64,000 bases of DNA from an uncultured Acidobacteriota bacterium. Its GTDB lineage: Bacteria; Acidobacteriota; UBA6911. The DNA lies in the NCBI GenBank assembly GCA_963827655.1, contig CAWHCF010000041.1, positions 64,001 to 128,000 of the forward strand. Direction: 5' to 3'. Within the stretch, counting starts at the first letter, position 1. The number at the start of each line of letters is the position of its first letter. Under the pieces are notes generated by a model. That model was not told the origin of the DNA. It saw nothing but the letters and a program-made list of their open reading frames with translations, and did no database searches. This document shows, piece after piece, positions 1 to 11,753 of this stretch. Position numbers and translations under genes: made by a program.

Positions 1-543
1 GAGTTTCTCATGACACTCCACGCTTCGCAGCTCGTTCGATCGCCCGCTGGTGGTACCGGGAAGGTATCTCTCGCTACCCTCATGCCAGCCAACTCCTCAT
101 CTTGGCCGATACGGGTGGGAGCAACTCGTGCCGCTACTTTGCTCTGGAAGACGGAGCTCCGAAGACAGCTCTGCAACCGCTTTGACCTTACTATTACAGT
201 GGCTCACTACCCCACCGGAGCCTCCAAATGGAATCCGGTTGAACATCGCCTGTTCTCAGAGATCTCCAAGAACTGGGCGGGTGAGCCCTTAACCAATTAC
301 GAAAAAATCCTTAAGTTTCTTCGTACGACCGAGACTTACACTGGCTTGAAAGTAACCTCTTATCTTGATCGCTCTTTTTACCCAACCGGTGCCGCACCCA
401 CTACAGAACAGCTTCACCGGCTTCGCCTACGTCCACACAAAAGGTTGCCAACGTGGAACATTCACTATCGCACCCAATCCGTGAGATCATTACCGCTGCG
501 TCACGGACCGCAACCATGCGAACTTGAAACTTCGCGCGGCCCC
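1..543 (+). mobile_element. ISAzo13-family insertion sequence, 3' part (frameshifted transposase C-terminus plus right end)
   Basis: Translation contains VAHYPTGASKWNPVEHRLFSEISKNWAGEPL, typical of ISAzo13/Rhodopirellula-type DDE transposases. The expected WNYTIAP* end is recoverable with one indel (TGA 482-484). Putative right end ATGCGAACTT..GCGCGGCCCC|TTAG at 516-547. Confidence 0.85.
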
Positions 544-967
544 TTAGATGGCGATATTTTCCGGATCATGATCGCCACCGATGATCCGGGATTCCTGCCG
601 GGAACGGCCAGCCAGTGCGCGTACATTATATTCGAAATAGGCGCGTTGAGTCGGGACATTGCGCTCATAATCCATCAAATACTCTTTGGGCTCCGGGCTC
701 TGATTCGCCGATTGGATTTTGGCGAACCGACAGGTCTAGGAGACTTCTCTGAGAACTTCACTTCCCGACAGCGTGTGGTATATGATTCAAAAACAATTTG
801 GCTCGCAGAAGTTGACATAAGATTCCCGCAGCCACAAGAGTTAGGATAGACTGCTTCAACCCCCCAGTGTGTTAGTCCGGCTATCCACTCTCGCTGGTCT
901 GCGGCGATTCTCGCACTGACCCGGTGGGTAGCGACCCAACCATCAACGTTATCGAAAGCAGGTAGCC

Positions 968-3277
968 GTGGGATCGGCAGGGCAGAAGGAACTTTTTGTG
1001 GCTGGCCTCACAAGTGCGTTGGTGTGCATCGGCTACCTCTGGGTCTCGTGGTATGGCTTCGATTTACTCGAAGAGGGCTACTTTGCGACCCACTCTCGAC
1101 GAGTGCAGTTAGGCGGTCTGCCCTACCGCGACTTCTCCACGCCTTATACGCCCGGGATATTCTATCTCGGGGCTCTACTGATGGACTGGTTCGGTACTGA
1201 CGTCGTCACGCTGCGGTTGCCGCAGGTCATCAGCCGGGTCGTACTCAGCCTCGCTCTGTATTCGGCGGGGCGGCACCTGATGCCTCCGTTCTTCGCGGCC
1301 CTTCCTCCAGGACTCATTTTGATGCTGGATCCGGTGCCCCACCGTTGGAGTCTCCACCCAGGCTGGATCACCGCGGCGGTTGCCACTCTCGGAGTTTTGG
1401 CGATGGCTCGCTATCTGCAGACCGGGCTGGGCCGTTGGCTCCTGGTTTCCGGCCTTGCGAGCGGCGTGGGCTTCGCGTTCAAGCAGAACTTGGCTGCCTA
1501 CGGTTTGATGTCCGCGCTATGGCTGGTTGTCGTCGCCGAGCGCCACATGCCGCTTGTTCCGGCGCCTCGCTCGTGGCGGTGGTTGTTTCCGTTGCGGTTC
1601 ATTCTGCCGGCAGCAAGCAACACCCTTCCCTCCAAGCAGAGTGAACCTGGTGGGCGTCGGCTGGGACGCGCCGATGCGAGTGGAGAGCTCGGGGGGATCG
1701 CGTCGCAGGGAAAGGCCCGCTTCCGGATTGGCTCTGTGGCCAGCCGACTGCGGATTGGCCATCCAAATGGCGGCGCTCGCGCTCTTGCCGTTGACGGCAG
1801 TGGTGCTGGTGCGCTCGTATTTTTCGACCGTAGTGGCAGGGCTTCTGGTTCTGCCGCTAGCGGCGGTTTCGTGGGCTGCCGCGACAGGCGTGGCATTCCG
1901 CGGCCACGCTGCGGTTGGGAACGCATGCCCAGGGCCGCGTCGTGCTCACGCGCGAGGCAAGCTTCTACGCCCGTCCTCTCCTCTTGATGATCGGCTTCAG
2001 TGCGGTGACCGTACCCTGGCTAGTCCTGCTCATCAAAGCACTCCAAGGGAACGTCGCGCTTCTGCGTGGCTTCGTGGGAGATGTCGATCTGACCGCCTAT
2101 GTCCTCCCGATGCCGCGACTGAGAATGACAGACCGCGTGCTCCTCGTGGCGGCGGTGCTGCCCCCTCTGCTGCTGGTCGTGCGCTACAGCAGCAGCTGTG
2201 GAAGCGGCGTGGCGCAACGGTAGGATTGTGCGTATGCGTGGGGTTGCTCGCCGTTTACGTGATTGAGAGTGTCTCGGTCCGATGCCTCCAGTGCGGTCGT
2301 TCTGGGCGTGTGGGGAGCCGCCGGTCCTGCCTGGAGCCCTTATGCAGGCACCGGCGGCGACAACAGTGGCGTGCTGTTTCTGTACCTGCCGACGCTGGCC
2401 TTCTGGGCAGCGTTCGCGAAACTGCTACTCACGCTGCGTAAGGAACAAACAACACTGACGGGCGGGACGGCGCTCCGCCTATGGTATCTCACCGCCGGAT
2501 CCGCGCTGCTCCTGAACCAATACCCGCGCATGGACGCGGCGCACATGGTGTGGTCAGGTGGGGTGCTGCTGGTGGTGGGCGCAGACCTGCTGCACGTCTG
2601 GTATCAGTTTCTGCTGCGACAACTGCCCACGACCTGCGGTGGGCCGGCCGATCGGTCGTGGGGCTGAGCGTAGTGCTCCTGCCGATCATGGCGGCAGTCC
2701 CTCAGGCCTCGGATCGCCTCCACGGCTTGAGCCTGTTCGCGATGAGTCAAGCTGCAGCGCTCTCTCCCAGCAGGCTGGGACCTGTGCAACGCTATGTGCA
2801 ACTGACTCCGGCGCGGCGCGGGCGCCTCCGTCTGGGCGCCCGCCGATCAGGCACGTCCCATCCAGGAGGTGGTGGACTTCCTGCGGCAACATACAGCGCC
2901 CGGCGAGCCGATCTTCACCTACCCGGCCATTCCCGGCTTCTATTTCCTGGCGGATCGACCCAATGCGACGCGATTCAACCACCTCTTTGGCGGCATGGCA
3001 TCGCGGAGAGATCAGGAAGAGATGGTCACTCAACTCGAAGCGGTGCGTTACGTCGTGTGGGATGACAGAGGCGCGCACATCGTGGGTGGGTCCCGGGGAC
3101 AATGCGCGTCTCACCGAATACATCCACGCGCATTTCCGCGTGGAGCGCGTGCTGGGCATTTACACCATCCTGTCGCGCCACGCTGCAGGGCCGTCGTTAC
3201 TGGAAATTATCGGCCGAAAGAGAGCGGGAGCGCCTGTTCCCGTTGAGTATACCTGCTGTTTCTTCCGCCACCCTTAA
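968..3277 (+). pseudogene. Multi-TM GT-C/ArnT-like (PMT family) glycosyltransferase, multiply frameshifted
   Basis: N-terminal TM followed by EEGYF...GGLPYRDF..PYTPG, an FKQN motif, many TM segments and a C-terminal PGEPIFTYPAIPGFYFLADRPN domain, spread over ORFs 968-1987, 1527-2441, 1915-2223, 2263-2667, 2481-3065, 2869-3246 and 2558-3277. Confidence 0.7.
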
Positions 3278-3311
3278 CTCCAATCGCGAGGACGAATCGG
3301 TCGAGGAACTA

Positions 3312-3578
3312 CTGTTCCGGGCCTCGCACTCATTGACCCGAGACCTCCACTGACGGAACCCTACCTCCTCTCGTATCTGCAGCGCCTCGGGAAGTTTGAT
3401 CCACAACCGATTCTAGAGAGGATCCGACAAAAAGAATTCGACGTTGTAATTACTTCCGTGCATCCTGGAAGTTGGCGGGGTATAGATCACGTTGCACCCG
3501 ACCTTCGTAATGCGATAGCGGCCTCGTACAGACCTCAATGCATCCTGCGCGGGATCCCTCGTGCATTTGCCCCGTAAT
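3312..3578 (+). pseudogene. Orphan C-terminal fragment of another membrane glycosyltransferase-like protein
   Basis: Start-less open frame TVPGLALIDPRPPLTEPYLLSYLQRLGKFDPQPILERIRQKEFDVVIT..., resembling periplasmic tails of GT-C proteins. Confidence 0.35.
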
Positions 3579-3665
3579 CCGGGTCCTGTCAGCAGCGCTT
3601 TGGCACAGGACTTGGCAAACATCGGTTGTGTGCCAACTCCGCCAGAGTAGATGGCACCGGTCCTT

Positions 3666-4310
3666 CTAACTACTTTTCAACCGGGCGCGAATGAACATCT
3701 GCTTGCCGAACGGCTTCCAGCGAAAAGACAAATACATCCGGATGAGGATGGGTGAAACGGGCAGGCTCGATTTCACGGTGAGCGGCAGAAAGCGTGGCCG
3801 GCACTCGATTACCTGGTAGCCGTGCGCGTCAAGGAAGTCGGCGATGCTGATATGAGTGTAAACCGTCCTGTGGGTGTAATCATCGAAATACTCACGATAC
3901 GCGTAGTAGTAATTGGGCTGTAGGATGTTCAGCGTACCGCTTCTGACCAGCGCTCTCTTAAGCTGACGCAAGACAGAAGCAAAATCCTCCTGACTTATAT
4001 GCTCGAACACGTTACTGGCGAACACAAAATTCACCGACGAAGGTTCAAGGAACGACAGGTCGGTCACGCTGCCGGTTCGGCTTTCGATTCCGGGTTGCAG
4101 ATAGTTGACGAACTCATCCCAGGAATCCAGAGCAATCCTTCTTTTCGCCGCGACCTGGTTGATGAAGTGGCCGTACCCGGCGCCAAGCTCGAGGACACAA
4201 TCGCTCTCCGAAACGAGTCGGGAAAAGTGGTAACGCCACAATGCCCGCCACAGCACTTCCCGCCGCGCGTCGGGTGCGAATCGTGTTCGAAAGTACGCTT
4301 CCGAACTCAT
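3666..4310 (-). CDS. Class I SAM-dependent methyltransferase
   Basis: VLELGAGYG motif I and FASNVFEH; ATG at 4310 overlaps the upstream stop (ATGA). Confidence 0.85.
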   Translation of the reverse strand: MSSEAYFRTRFAPDARREVLWRALWRYHFSRLVSESDCVLELGAGYGHFINQVAAKRRIALDSWDEFVNYLQPGIESRTGSVTDLSFLEPSSVNFVFASNVFEHISQEDFASVLRQLKRALVRSGTLNILQPNYYYAYREYFDDYTHRTVYTHISIADFLDAHGYQVIECRPRFLPLTVKSSLPVSPILIRMYLSFRWKPFGKQMFIRARLKSS

Positions 4311-5290
4311 TTCAAATGCCAGCCGAAGCACAACCCTGCGATCATTCTGAGCCCGACGCGAAGCGCACGAAAATTGTTGACGTTGCCGCCCTTGCTGACG
4401 CCGACCCTGGGGTGAAACGTGATCGGGCATTCAACGACTCTTTCACCGATCGCCAGCGCAGTATCCAGAAAATGAGCATTGAACTCTAAATTGATTTCCG
4501 GGTTGAGCACGGGCATCAGCCGTTCGAGACTTCCTCGGCGAGCGAGCTTGTACGTAGTGCCCACGTCGGTGAACGTGCCACGCCCAAGATGTTTTAACTC
4601 GAGTAGCTTCCCGACGAAGAAATTGCCGTAATACATGAATGTCGAGAGCTGCGTGGAGTATTCGCGCAACTGCTCCACAATCCGCGTGCCGTTTACAATA
4701 TCGGCCTCATCAATGTACGCAAGCAACTTTTCGAGGTCCTTGGCGCGGAAAGTCATGTCGCCCTCGCAGAGCACGATCAAGTGTGCGGCTTCGTCCGCCA
4801 AGGCTTCCTGGAAACAGCGATAAACACACCTTCCGTATCCGGACATAGTCTCGGTGACCACCATTGCCCCGGCGCTGGTTGCGATAGCGCATGTCTGATC
4901 CCGGCTGTTGTTGTCGACGACGATTACGCGGCGGACAAGCGGATGGTTGCGAAAATCAGCAACCGCATCGCCTATGCTTTGTTCATCATTATAAGCCGTA
5001 AGGGCGACCACGACTTGCCGATCAAAAACTCGCTCCGGAGGTTTGCGTCTCAAACTCATACGCTTGGCCGGGAGCAGAAACGCAAGGTCCAGGGCCGCCA
5101 ACAGCAGTCCGAGTGTGCACGGAACCCCGCTGTACCAAACAACCGCTTCATTCCAGGTTCGATATGGTTCTCCGAGGCCCAGCAGAAGTCGAAAAACCGA
5201 AAATACCATACCGAAGAAATAGAGGGCTAAGCCGAAGAGTCCCAGCAGGACTCCAAAGAAGAAAAGAGGAATAAGACGTGTCCGGCGCAT
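4307..5290 (-). CDS. Glycosyltransferase family 2 (polyprenol-phosphate GT-like) with N-terminal TM helices
   Basis: LTAYNDEQSI, VVDNNSRD, GYG, CEGD (DxD variant) and R..GVSK motifs. Confidence 0.9.
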   Translation of the reverse strand: MRRTRLIPLFFFGVLLGLFGLALYFFGMVFSVFRLLLGLGEPYRTWNEAVVWYSGVPCTLGLLLAALDLAFLLPAKRMSLRRKPPERVFDRQVVVALTAYNDEQSIGDAVADFRNHPLVRRVIVVDNNSRDQTCAIATSAGAMVVTETMSGYGRCVYRCFQEALADEAAHLIVLCEGDMTFRAKDLEKLLAYIDEADIVNGTRIVEQLREYSTQLSTFMYYGNFFVGKLLELKHLGRGTFTDVGTTYKLARRGSLERLMPVLNPEINLEFNAHFLDTALAIGERVVECPITFHPRVGVSKGGNVNNFRALRVGLRMIAGLCFGWHLK

Positions 5291-6498
5291 TGTGGAAGTG
5301 TTGGCCGCGACGGCGCCGGCAGGTGTCGCAGTTTCTTGACGCTCGAAGAAGCGGCTTCATTTCCGGCTTCATTTCCGATATACGATCGGCCACATACCGC
5401 CGGGGGCATGCAGGATCGGGCAGTCTATCACGTCGTCCCCGGCTCACGGTCGTCCAAGGGCAACGGCGTCGTTATCGGCTGTTCACGACGGCTCCAGACA
5501 CCGTCCTACGGACGGCGACGGGAGAGTCTGAGCTTTGTCGACGAGGTTTCGTCGTCGGGATCGTAGTAACCCTGAACCGGCAAAGCGCTTCCGCTGAGGC
5601 GGTAGCGTGTCTGCGCAATTGCACCAAGTGCGAGTCCTCGCCGTAAGGGATGGAGGGCCGCGCTCACGCTTGGCTGAGCTATGCCGCGAGCACGGATCCG
5701 GTGCTTTCGGGCCGCATTATTCGCCGGAAGGTGGTCCAATATATCGCCCGATGAACATCGCCGTCGTGATCGAGCACCGCGCTCACGTCTCGCCAAAGAG
5801 CACATTGAGTCGAAAAAGCCTGCGGCCAAGCGAGTCTGGAAACGGTCGCGTTTCCGCACAGCCGTCATTCTACCTCAATGCACACGAAGCGGGAAACATC
5901 GTGCCAGGAGATCGAGGCGTCGTTAACTCCGACCGCGTCGTCCCAACGTTGACTATCACTTCTCGATTTCGTAAACAGTCATGACGAGGCGTGCGACAGA
6001 TTTGGGCTGGGTTTCCAGCAAGGCTGAACGAGCCTGACCGTGCTTCCGAACTCTTGCCGGCGACCACGGAGCAGGCCGCATCAGTCGAGCGATAATCTCA
6101 AAGCCTGCCTTCTCGATTCGAAACGGATGCTCTCTTTGAGAACCGCGCTCAACGCGTAAGATTCGGATACGGATTTCCGCTCACGACTGGTTCCTGGCGA
6201 TCCTGGATCAGTCCGCCGTCCGGAGACTGGAGAAACTCAAGTAACAGGCACTAAATGGCGGCAGCTTGGTGCCGCGTCGCGAAATGGCCAGTCTTTTGTA
6301 CGCATGTCAAATGCAGACCCTTGGGAGGTGAGATCGCTGATTGACGGGTCAATCAAACGGTGATAAAGACGATTCTATCTGACTGTGCGTCTAATGATAA
6401 TCGAATTTGCGCGGGCGAAGTCAAAGCTGGACAGCCGGCAGCAAGCTTGCGCACTCCGAGTCACTTGCGATCTTTTCGACGCTGTGAGGAGAAAGGTC

Positions 6499-8694
6499 AT
6501 GAGGCTACGTTTTTGGGGAGCTCTGGCGCTTGGGCTTGCCGCAAGCACGGTTTCTGTCGCCCAGCAGGAAGATCTTTCAGTTGTGGCCCGCTACATCGCC
6601 TGGACTGACGCGCCCAACTGGCTCCAGAAGCATCTGAATGCAATCGCCTTCAGTCAGCTTGCCGCGCGCCGAGAGCGCATCGGCAAGCTAAGAACGGCTG
6701 AGGATTGGAAGGCCCGCCGCCAGGAAGTCCGGGATGCTTTGGCCAAGGTCGTGGGGCCGTTCCCCGAACGCACTCCGCTCAATCCTCGCATTCTCGGCAC
6801 GGTCAAGAAAGAGGGCTACCGGATCGAGAAGGTGGTTTTCGAGTCCCAGCCGAAATTCTTCGTCACGGCCTGTCTTTTCATCCCGAATCAGCTGAACGGA
6901 AGGACGCCGGCGATCCTCAACGTCATCGGGCACACCGGTATCTCGTTTCGCGCTCCATCCTATCAGCGACTGCTCCTCAACCTGGTTCAGAAGGGCTTCA
7001 TTGTCCTGGCCATGGACCCGATCGGGCAGGGTGAAAGGCTTCAGTACTACGATCCGGCGCTCAAGACCTCGAGCGTAGGAGGGAGCACCGCTGAGCATTC
7101 TTACCTGGCCAACCAGTGCTTCCTCGTCGAAAGCTCCGCCGCCCGCTACTTCACCTGGGACGGAATTCGCGCGATCGATTACCTGGTCTCGCGCCCCGAC
7201 GTCGATCCAGCCCGGATCGGCGTTACCGGCCTTTCCGGCGGCGGCACCCAGACGGCGTATATCGCCGCCCTGGATGATCGAGTTGCCGCGGCGGCGCCGG
7301 CAAACTACATCTGCGGCTTGGAGCGGCTGTTCGCGTCGATCGGGCCGCAGGATGGGGAGCAGCACTTCAACCGCGGCGTCGCGGAGGGACTGGACCACGC
7401 CGACCTTCTCGAGGTCCGGGCTCCGAAGCCCACTTTGATTGTTGCCACTACCCGTGATTTCTTCAGCATCCAGGGGGCGCGCGAGGTCTTTGCCGAAACC
7501 CACAAGGCCTTTGAGGCCCTCGGAGTTCGCGAGAATGTTGAACTGGCCGAGGACGACTACGAGCACGGCTATACGGTCCGGACCCGTGAGGCGATCTACC
7601 GCTTCTTTCAGAAGCATCTCGCTCTGCCCGGCCAGGCGGCCGACGAAAAGGTCTCGATGGTTGGGCTCGAGGAGTTGAGGGTCACAGAGACCGGTCAGGT
7701 AAGCGATTCTCTCGGCGGCGAGACCGTCTTTTCACTCAACCGCGCCCACGCGCAGCGGCTGCTCGAGCGGCTCGAGCGTTCCCGCGCGGAGCTCGGCACG
7801 CATCTGCCGAAAGTGAAGACTGCAGCCCGGGAACTTTCCGGGTATCTCGCCCCGCGGGAGACCGCCGGCCTCGTCTTCCGGGGGCAGTATCAACGAGATG
7901 GATACACGATAGAAAAATGGGCGATGGCGGGCGAGGGGGAATACATCGTCCCGTTCCTCCTGATGATCCCTGCCGGTGTCTCGAATCCTCCGGGCGTCCT
8001 CTACCTGCATCCTCGAGGCAAGTCGGCCGCAGCCGGCCGCGGCGGCGAGATCGAATGGTTCGTCCGGCAAGGTTACGCCGTGCTCGCCCCGGATCTTCCA
8101 GGGGTGGGTGAAATCGGCCCGGCCGAGGCGCCGGCGGGACGGCGCAGCCTCACGGCGTTCCTCGGAGCGCAGACCGGCCGCAGCATCGTGGGAATCCGGG
8201 CCGGAGACATCGCTCGCTGCGTGCGCTATCTCGAGTCGCGCCCCGGCATCGACGGGCGCCGGATCGCGGCTGTCGCTCGGGGACCGATGACGATTCCGCT
8301 GCTTCATGCGGCCGCCTTCAACGATTCCATCGGAAGGATTGCGCTGATCGAGCCGCTGGTCTCGTTCGAGTCGGTCGTGATGAACCGTTTTTACAACACC
8401 GATTTTCCCGACACCGTCGCGAACGCTCTGACCGCTTATGACCTTCCCGACCTTGCGGCGGCGCTCGCCCCTCGGCCGCTGCTTATCGTGGGCCCTCAGG
8501 ACCAGCTGGGCGCCCCTGCCGGAAAGGATCAGGTGGAGCGCGAGCTTCGGGTCGTCCGCGCAGCATACGCGCACTCGGGCGCTGCGGCCAGGTTCAGCAC
8601 GACACGCTGGGAAGCATTCCAGGGCCCCGACGAGGTGCTCGGCGAGTGGCTGAGAAGCGACCAAAAGCCGCTGAGACCCAAAGAAACACCATGA
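6499..8694 (+). CDS. Secreted double alpha/beta-hydrolase (acetylxylan esterase-like)
   Basis: Signal peptide after RBS AGGAGAAAGG; GVTGLSGGG nucleophile elbow, DPIGQGER and APKP motifs; a second degenerate hydrolase domain. Confidence 0.85.
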   Translation: MRLRFWGALALGLAASTVSVAQQEDLSVVARYIAWTDAPNWLQKHLNAIAFSQLAARRERIGKLRTAEDWKARRQEVRDALAKVVGPFPERTPLNPRILGTVKKEGYRIEKVVFESQPKFFVTACLFIPNQLNGRTPAILNVIGHTGISFRAPSYQRLLLNLVQKGFIVLAMDPIGQGERLQYYDPALKTSSVGGSTAEHSYLANQCFLVESSAARYFTWDGIRAIDYLVSRPDVDPARIGVTGLSGGGTQTAYIAALDDRVAAAAPANYICGLERLFASIGPQDGEQHFNRGVAEGLDHADLLEVRAPKPTLIVATTRDFFSIQGAREVFAETHKAFEALGVRENVELAEDDYEHGYTVRTREAIYRFFQKHLALPGQAADEKVSMVGLEELRVTETGQVSDSLGGETVFSLNRAHAQRLLERLERSRAELGTHLPKVKTAARELSGYLAPRETAGLVFRGQYQRDGYTIEKWAMAGEGEYIVPFLLMIPAGVSNPPGVLYLHPRGKSAAAGRGGEIEWFVRQGYAVLAPDLPGVGEIGPAEAPAGRRSLTAFLGAQTGRSIVGIRAGDIARCVRYLESRPGIDGRRIAAVARGPMTIPLLHAAAFNDSIGRIALIEPLVSFESVVMNRFYNTDFPDTVANALTAYDLPDLAAALAPRPLLIVGPQDQLGAPAGKDQVERELRVVRAAYAHSGAAARFSTTRWEAFQGPDEVLGEWLRSDQKPLRPKETP

Positions 8695-9464
8695 ACGAAA
8701 TTGAGAAGCGCCGTCTCGACCAGGACGGATATCTCGTGCTCGAAAACTTCATGTCGCAAGAGTTGCTCGACGAGATTCGACGCCGCATCGAGGAAATCTT
8801 CATTGAGGAAGGAGACCGCGCCGGTTCCGAATTCAAGCAAGAACCGCAGACACGCCGGCTGGCAAACCTGGTGAACCGGGGTGAGATTTTCCAGCACGTG
8901 ATCGCGATGCCGAGGATTCTCGAGTGCATAGCTCACGTCCTGGGACCGGAGTTCAAACTCAGCAGCCTTAACGCGCGCTCGGCCAATCCACACTCCGACT
9001 GGGTACAACCGCTCCATTGCGACGCGGGGGCTATCCCGGACGCTCTCGGCTACTGGGTGTGCAACTCGGTCTGGCTGCTGGATGATTTCACGACGGAGAA
9101 CGGCGCCATCCGTATGGTTCCTGGTTCGCATCGCTGGGGCAAGCTGCCGCAGGAGGTCCTGGCCGACCCTGTGGCGCCTCACCCGGACCAGGTCCTGTTA
9201 ACGGGCAACGCGGGCGATGTCGTTATCATGAACACTCACATGTGGCATGGCGCCACCGCGAACCGCACGGCGGCGCCCCGTCGAGCGATGCACAGTTTTT
9301 ATTGCCGCTGGGACAAGCCCCAGCAGCAGCATCAAAAAGTGCTGATTCACCCTGACGTGCAACGACGCCTGAGCCCCTCGCTGCGCCGGCTGCTTGCCCT
9401 CGACGATCCTTTGAATGACGAGCTCAGCTCGAAGGACAGCGGGCGAAGCGGATTCCTCAAGTGA
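8691..9464 (+). CDS. Phytanoyl-CoA dioxygenase (PhyH) family Fe(II)/2OG oxygenase
   Basis: LHCD (HxD), [15 protein letters not shown] and WHG motifs; ATGA coupling to the upstream gene. Confidence 0.9.
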   Translation: MNEIEKRRLDQDGYLVLENFMSQELLDEIRRRIEEIFIEEGDRAGSEFKQEPQTRRLANLVNRGEIFQHVIAMPRILECIAHVLGPEFKLSSLNARSANPHSDWVQPLHCDAGAIPDALGYWVCNSVWLLDDFTTENGAIRMVPGSHRWGKLPQEVLADPVAPHPDQVLLTGNAGDVVIMNTHMWHGATANRTAAPRRAMHSFYCRWDKPQQQHQKVLIHPDVQRRLSPSLRRLLALDDPLNDELSSKDSGRSGFLK

Positions 9465-9529
9465 TCGCGGCGGAAAAAACCAACCTCCAAGACACGAAGA
9501 CTGTTGGGGGTGTTCGAATATATAAGTAA

Positions 9530-10035
9530 TAAAAGGCCGACGGTTCCCGGCTCAGGATCGACGACCCCGATCTGGACCCGATCTGGGAAGCAGTGCGCTC
9601 GACTAAAGCTCCCCGTGTTCATTCACACAGCCGATCCGCAAGAGTTCTCTCAAACCGATCGACTACACGAATGAGCGCTGGCTCGAGTTGGCCCTCTTTC
9701 CCGAACGGCGGTATTCCTCCGGATAAGATTCCCGCCGTTCGAAACGCTGATGACCGAGCGCGACAACTTGTTCGTCGCAAGCTCGAACACGATATTCGTG
9801 GCTGCGCACATGGGCTGGCACGCAAACGATCTCAGCGCGGCTCGGCAGGATGATGGACGAAATGCCGAATCTGTAGCCGAGGTAGGCGCCGTACTCTACG
9901 ATATCGGACGCCAGCCGCGCGCCGCGTACGACTTCTTCATCAAATACCAGGACCGCATTCTCTTTGGCAAGGATGCGTTCCAACCGGAAGAGTATCCGTA
10001 CTACTGGCGCGTTTTCGAGACGAACGACGAGTATT
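9530..10035 (+). pseudogene. Internal fragment of an amidohydrolase-2 family protein
   Basis: Across several frames: [61 protein letters not shown]. No start, truncated at both ends, bounded by ACACGAAG-type repeats. Confidence 0.75.
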
Positions 10036-10049
10036 CTCAGTGTCGTCGC

Positions 10050-10119
10050 GTCTTCGTGGTTAGAGCTGTCTAACAAATACCACTAAGACTCAAAGACACG
10101 AAGAAACACCAAGAATCTT
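10050..10119. repeat. 70-bp ACACGAAG-family hairpin repeat, copy 1
   Basis: Matches 14184-14253 with one mismatch; arms GTCTTCGTGGT / ACCACTAAGAC can pair. Confidence 0.9.
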
Positions 10120-10127
10120 TGATCCTG

Positions 10128-11435
10128 TCAGCTCAGGTCGAGCGCCATGGCAACTTTTCGATCGCGCACATACAGTCTGGTCCCGACGAGCGACGGAGCA
10201 GTCCAGGCATTACTGCTCAGGAGGGCCGCCTTGGCCAGCACTTTCACGCCTTCGGGAGATACCGTGGCTAGCGCCAGATCGCCATCCTCCTCGACCATGA
10301 TCAGCTTTCCATCGGCATAGACAAAACTCGTCTTTGAAAACGTCCGATCCTGCCACGCGATCTTTCCGGTCTTGATTTCGATGGCGCACAGGAACGCGGG
10401 GCCAAAATCGCCGCTCGACCCATAGACATAGTCTCCGATTCGAACCACGTTTCCGATGTGCACGCGCATCCGGTTGTTAAACCAGAGTTCCTTGGGAGTT
10501 GTCTTGCCGCCGGTACGATTCAATTGGATGACCCGGCTGCCCCCATCGTATGCCGAGCTGACAAACAACAGATTACCGTCGCTCCAAATCGGCGTGGTGA
10601 TATTTAGACCGTATTGGGTCTTATGGGGATGCGTCCACAACAGATCGCCGTTATCGGGATCCATCCCCGCGATTTCATTCGCCCCAATCATGACAAGCTG
10701 GTCCTGCCCGTCGACGTTTATGATGATCGGCGAAGACGGCCCCCACTCGAGGTCCTGTTTCTTCCAGGCCACGGTTCCGTCCTTTTGATTGAATGCCATC
10801 ATGAATTGTCCCGGCCCGCCTGCCGGAACAATGACCGTGTTCCGGTATGCGAGGGGGCTGCTGGAGTAGCCCCGGCCGCGGACCGGCGCGTTGAATTTTT
10901 TCTGTAGATCGATCGACCAGAGTACTTTTCCACTTCCCTTATCCAGGCAAAGCAACACTCCCATCACCCCGACAGTAAAAAGGCGATTCCCGGCAACAAG
11001 AGGAGTCACATGGGGTCCGGGCCCGTTTTCCATTTTCATCTTCGGGTCGAAAGGCGCGTCATAGCTGTACTCCCAGAGCGTCTTGCCGGTGTTCGCATCC
11101 ATACTGATGACAACATCCTGATCCACCTTCCCTGTTTCCTGGGCGACGCGGCGATACATGGTGTAGAGTTTGCCCTGCTCTACAGCAATCGCGGAATAAC
11201 CGTCGCCGAGGTTACGGGTCCAGAGCCGGCGCGGTCCGTTAGCCGGCCAGGTGTTCGCCAATCCCTTCGACTCGGCCGTGAAGTTCCGGCTCGGCCCTCC
11301 CCACTGAGGCCAGTCTGGCGTCGGGGAGGCGCCTGCGTATACGAGGAACAATCCCGTGATAACGACCAGAGAAGCGCACGCGAGCCAGCGGCGAACTTCG
11401 GAATAACTGTTTCCTGCGCGGATCCATGCAATCAT
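10128..11435 (-). CDS. PQQ-like (BamB-like) beta-propeller repeat protein
   Basis: Signal peptide, DWPQWGGP.RN, repeated D..TGK..W blades, C-terminal WTAP......LYVR. Confidence 0.9.
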   Translation of the reverse strand: MIAWIRAGNSYSEVRRWLACASLVVITGLFLVYAGASPTPDWPQWGGPSRNFTAESKGLANTWPANGPRRLWTRNLGDGYSAIAVEQGKLYTMYRRVAQETGKVDQDVVISMDANTGKTLWEYSYDAPFDPKMKMENGPGPHVTPLVAGNRLFTVGVMGVLLCLDKGSGKVLWSIDLQKKFNAPVRGRGYSSSPLAYRNTVIVPAGGPGQFMMAFNQKDGTVAWKKQDLEWGPSSPIIINVDGQDQLVMIGANEIAGMDPDNGDLLWTHPHKTQYGLNITTPIWSDGNLLFVSSAYDGGSRVIQLNRTGGKTTPKELWFNNRMRVHIGNVVRIGDYVYGSSGDFGPAFLCAIEIKTGKIAWQDRTFSKTSFVYADGKLIMVEEDGDLALATVSPEGVKVLAKAALLSSNAWTAPSLVGTRLYVRDRKVAMALDLS

Positions 11436-11487
11436 GAGAAGGCTCCTTTAAGTGCGGCCCAGGAAGGCCGGCCGAAAGCTTAGTACG

Positions 11488-11570
11488 TCTTCGTGTCTTC
11501 GTGTAGGGCTGCAAAACAATACCACCAGGACCCAAAGACACGAAGAAACACCAGGAATCTTGCCAAAAAA
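11488..11570. repeat. ACACGAAG-family hairpin repeat, diverged copy
   Basis: GTCTTCGTGTCTTCGTG...ATACCACCAGGACCCAAAGACACGAAGAAACACCAGGAATCTTGCCAAAAA is colinear with 14175-14262. Confidence 0.8.
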
Positions 11571-11753
11571 GAAACGACCGCACCCGCTAGTGATATGGTT
11601 TTGAGTTCTCGGTCATTGATATCCGATGCCTGACTGAAGATACTTGTTCGGCATTCTCGACGCAAGTAGAGGGCCACCGTGGCGAATTAAGTAGACTACT
11701 TAGGCCGGAACGGCGATGACCGTATCCACCAGACGCCATAGATCGAATTGCAC

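Noticed and set aside
10-849. 279-aa ORF as a complete transposase
   Set aside because: Only the central ~110 aa match ISAzo13; the rest is read-through caused by indels and extends past the IS end.
5340-6380. Several 60-125 aa ORFs between the GT2 and esterase genes
   Set aside because: No recognisable motif, RBS or consistent frame; possibly decayed DNA but unsupported.
6688-8664. Long antisense ORFs (also 26339-27295, 37850-38821, 55824-56909, 59444-60274)
   Set aside because: They are shadows of well-supported genes on the opposite strand, as expected in GC-rich DNA.
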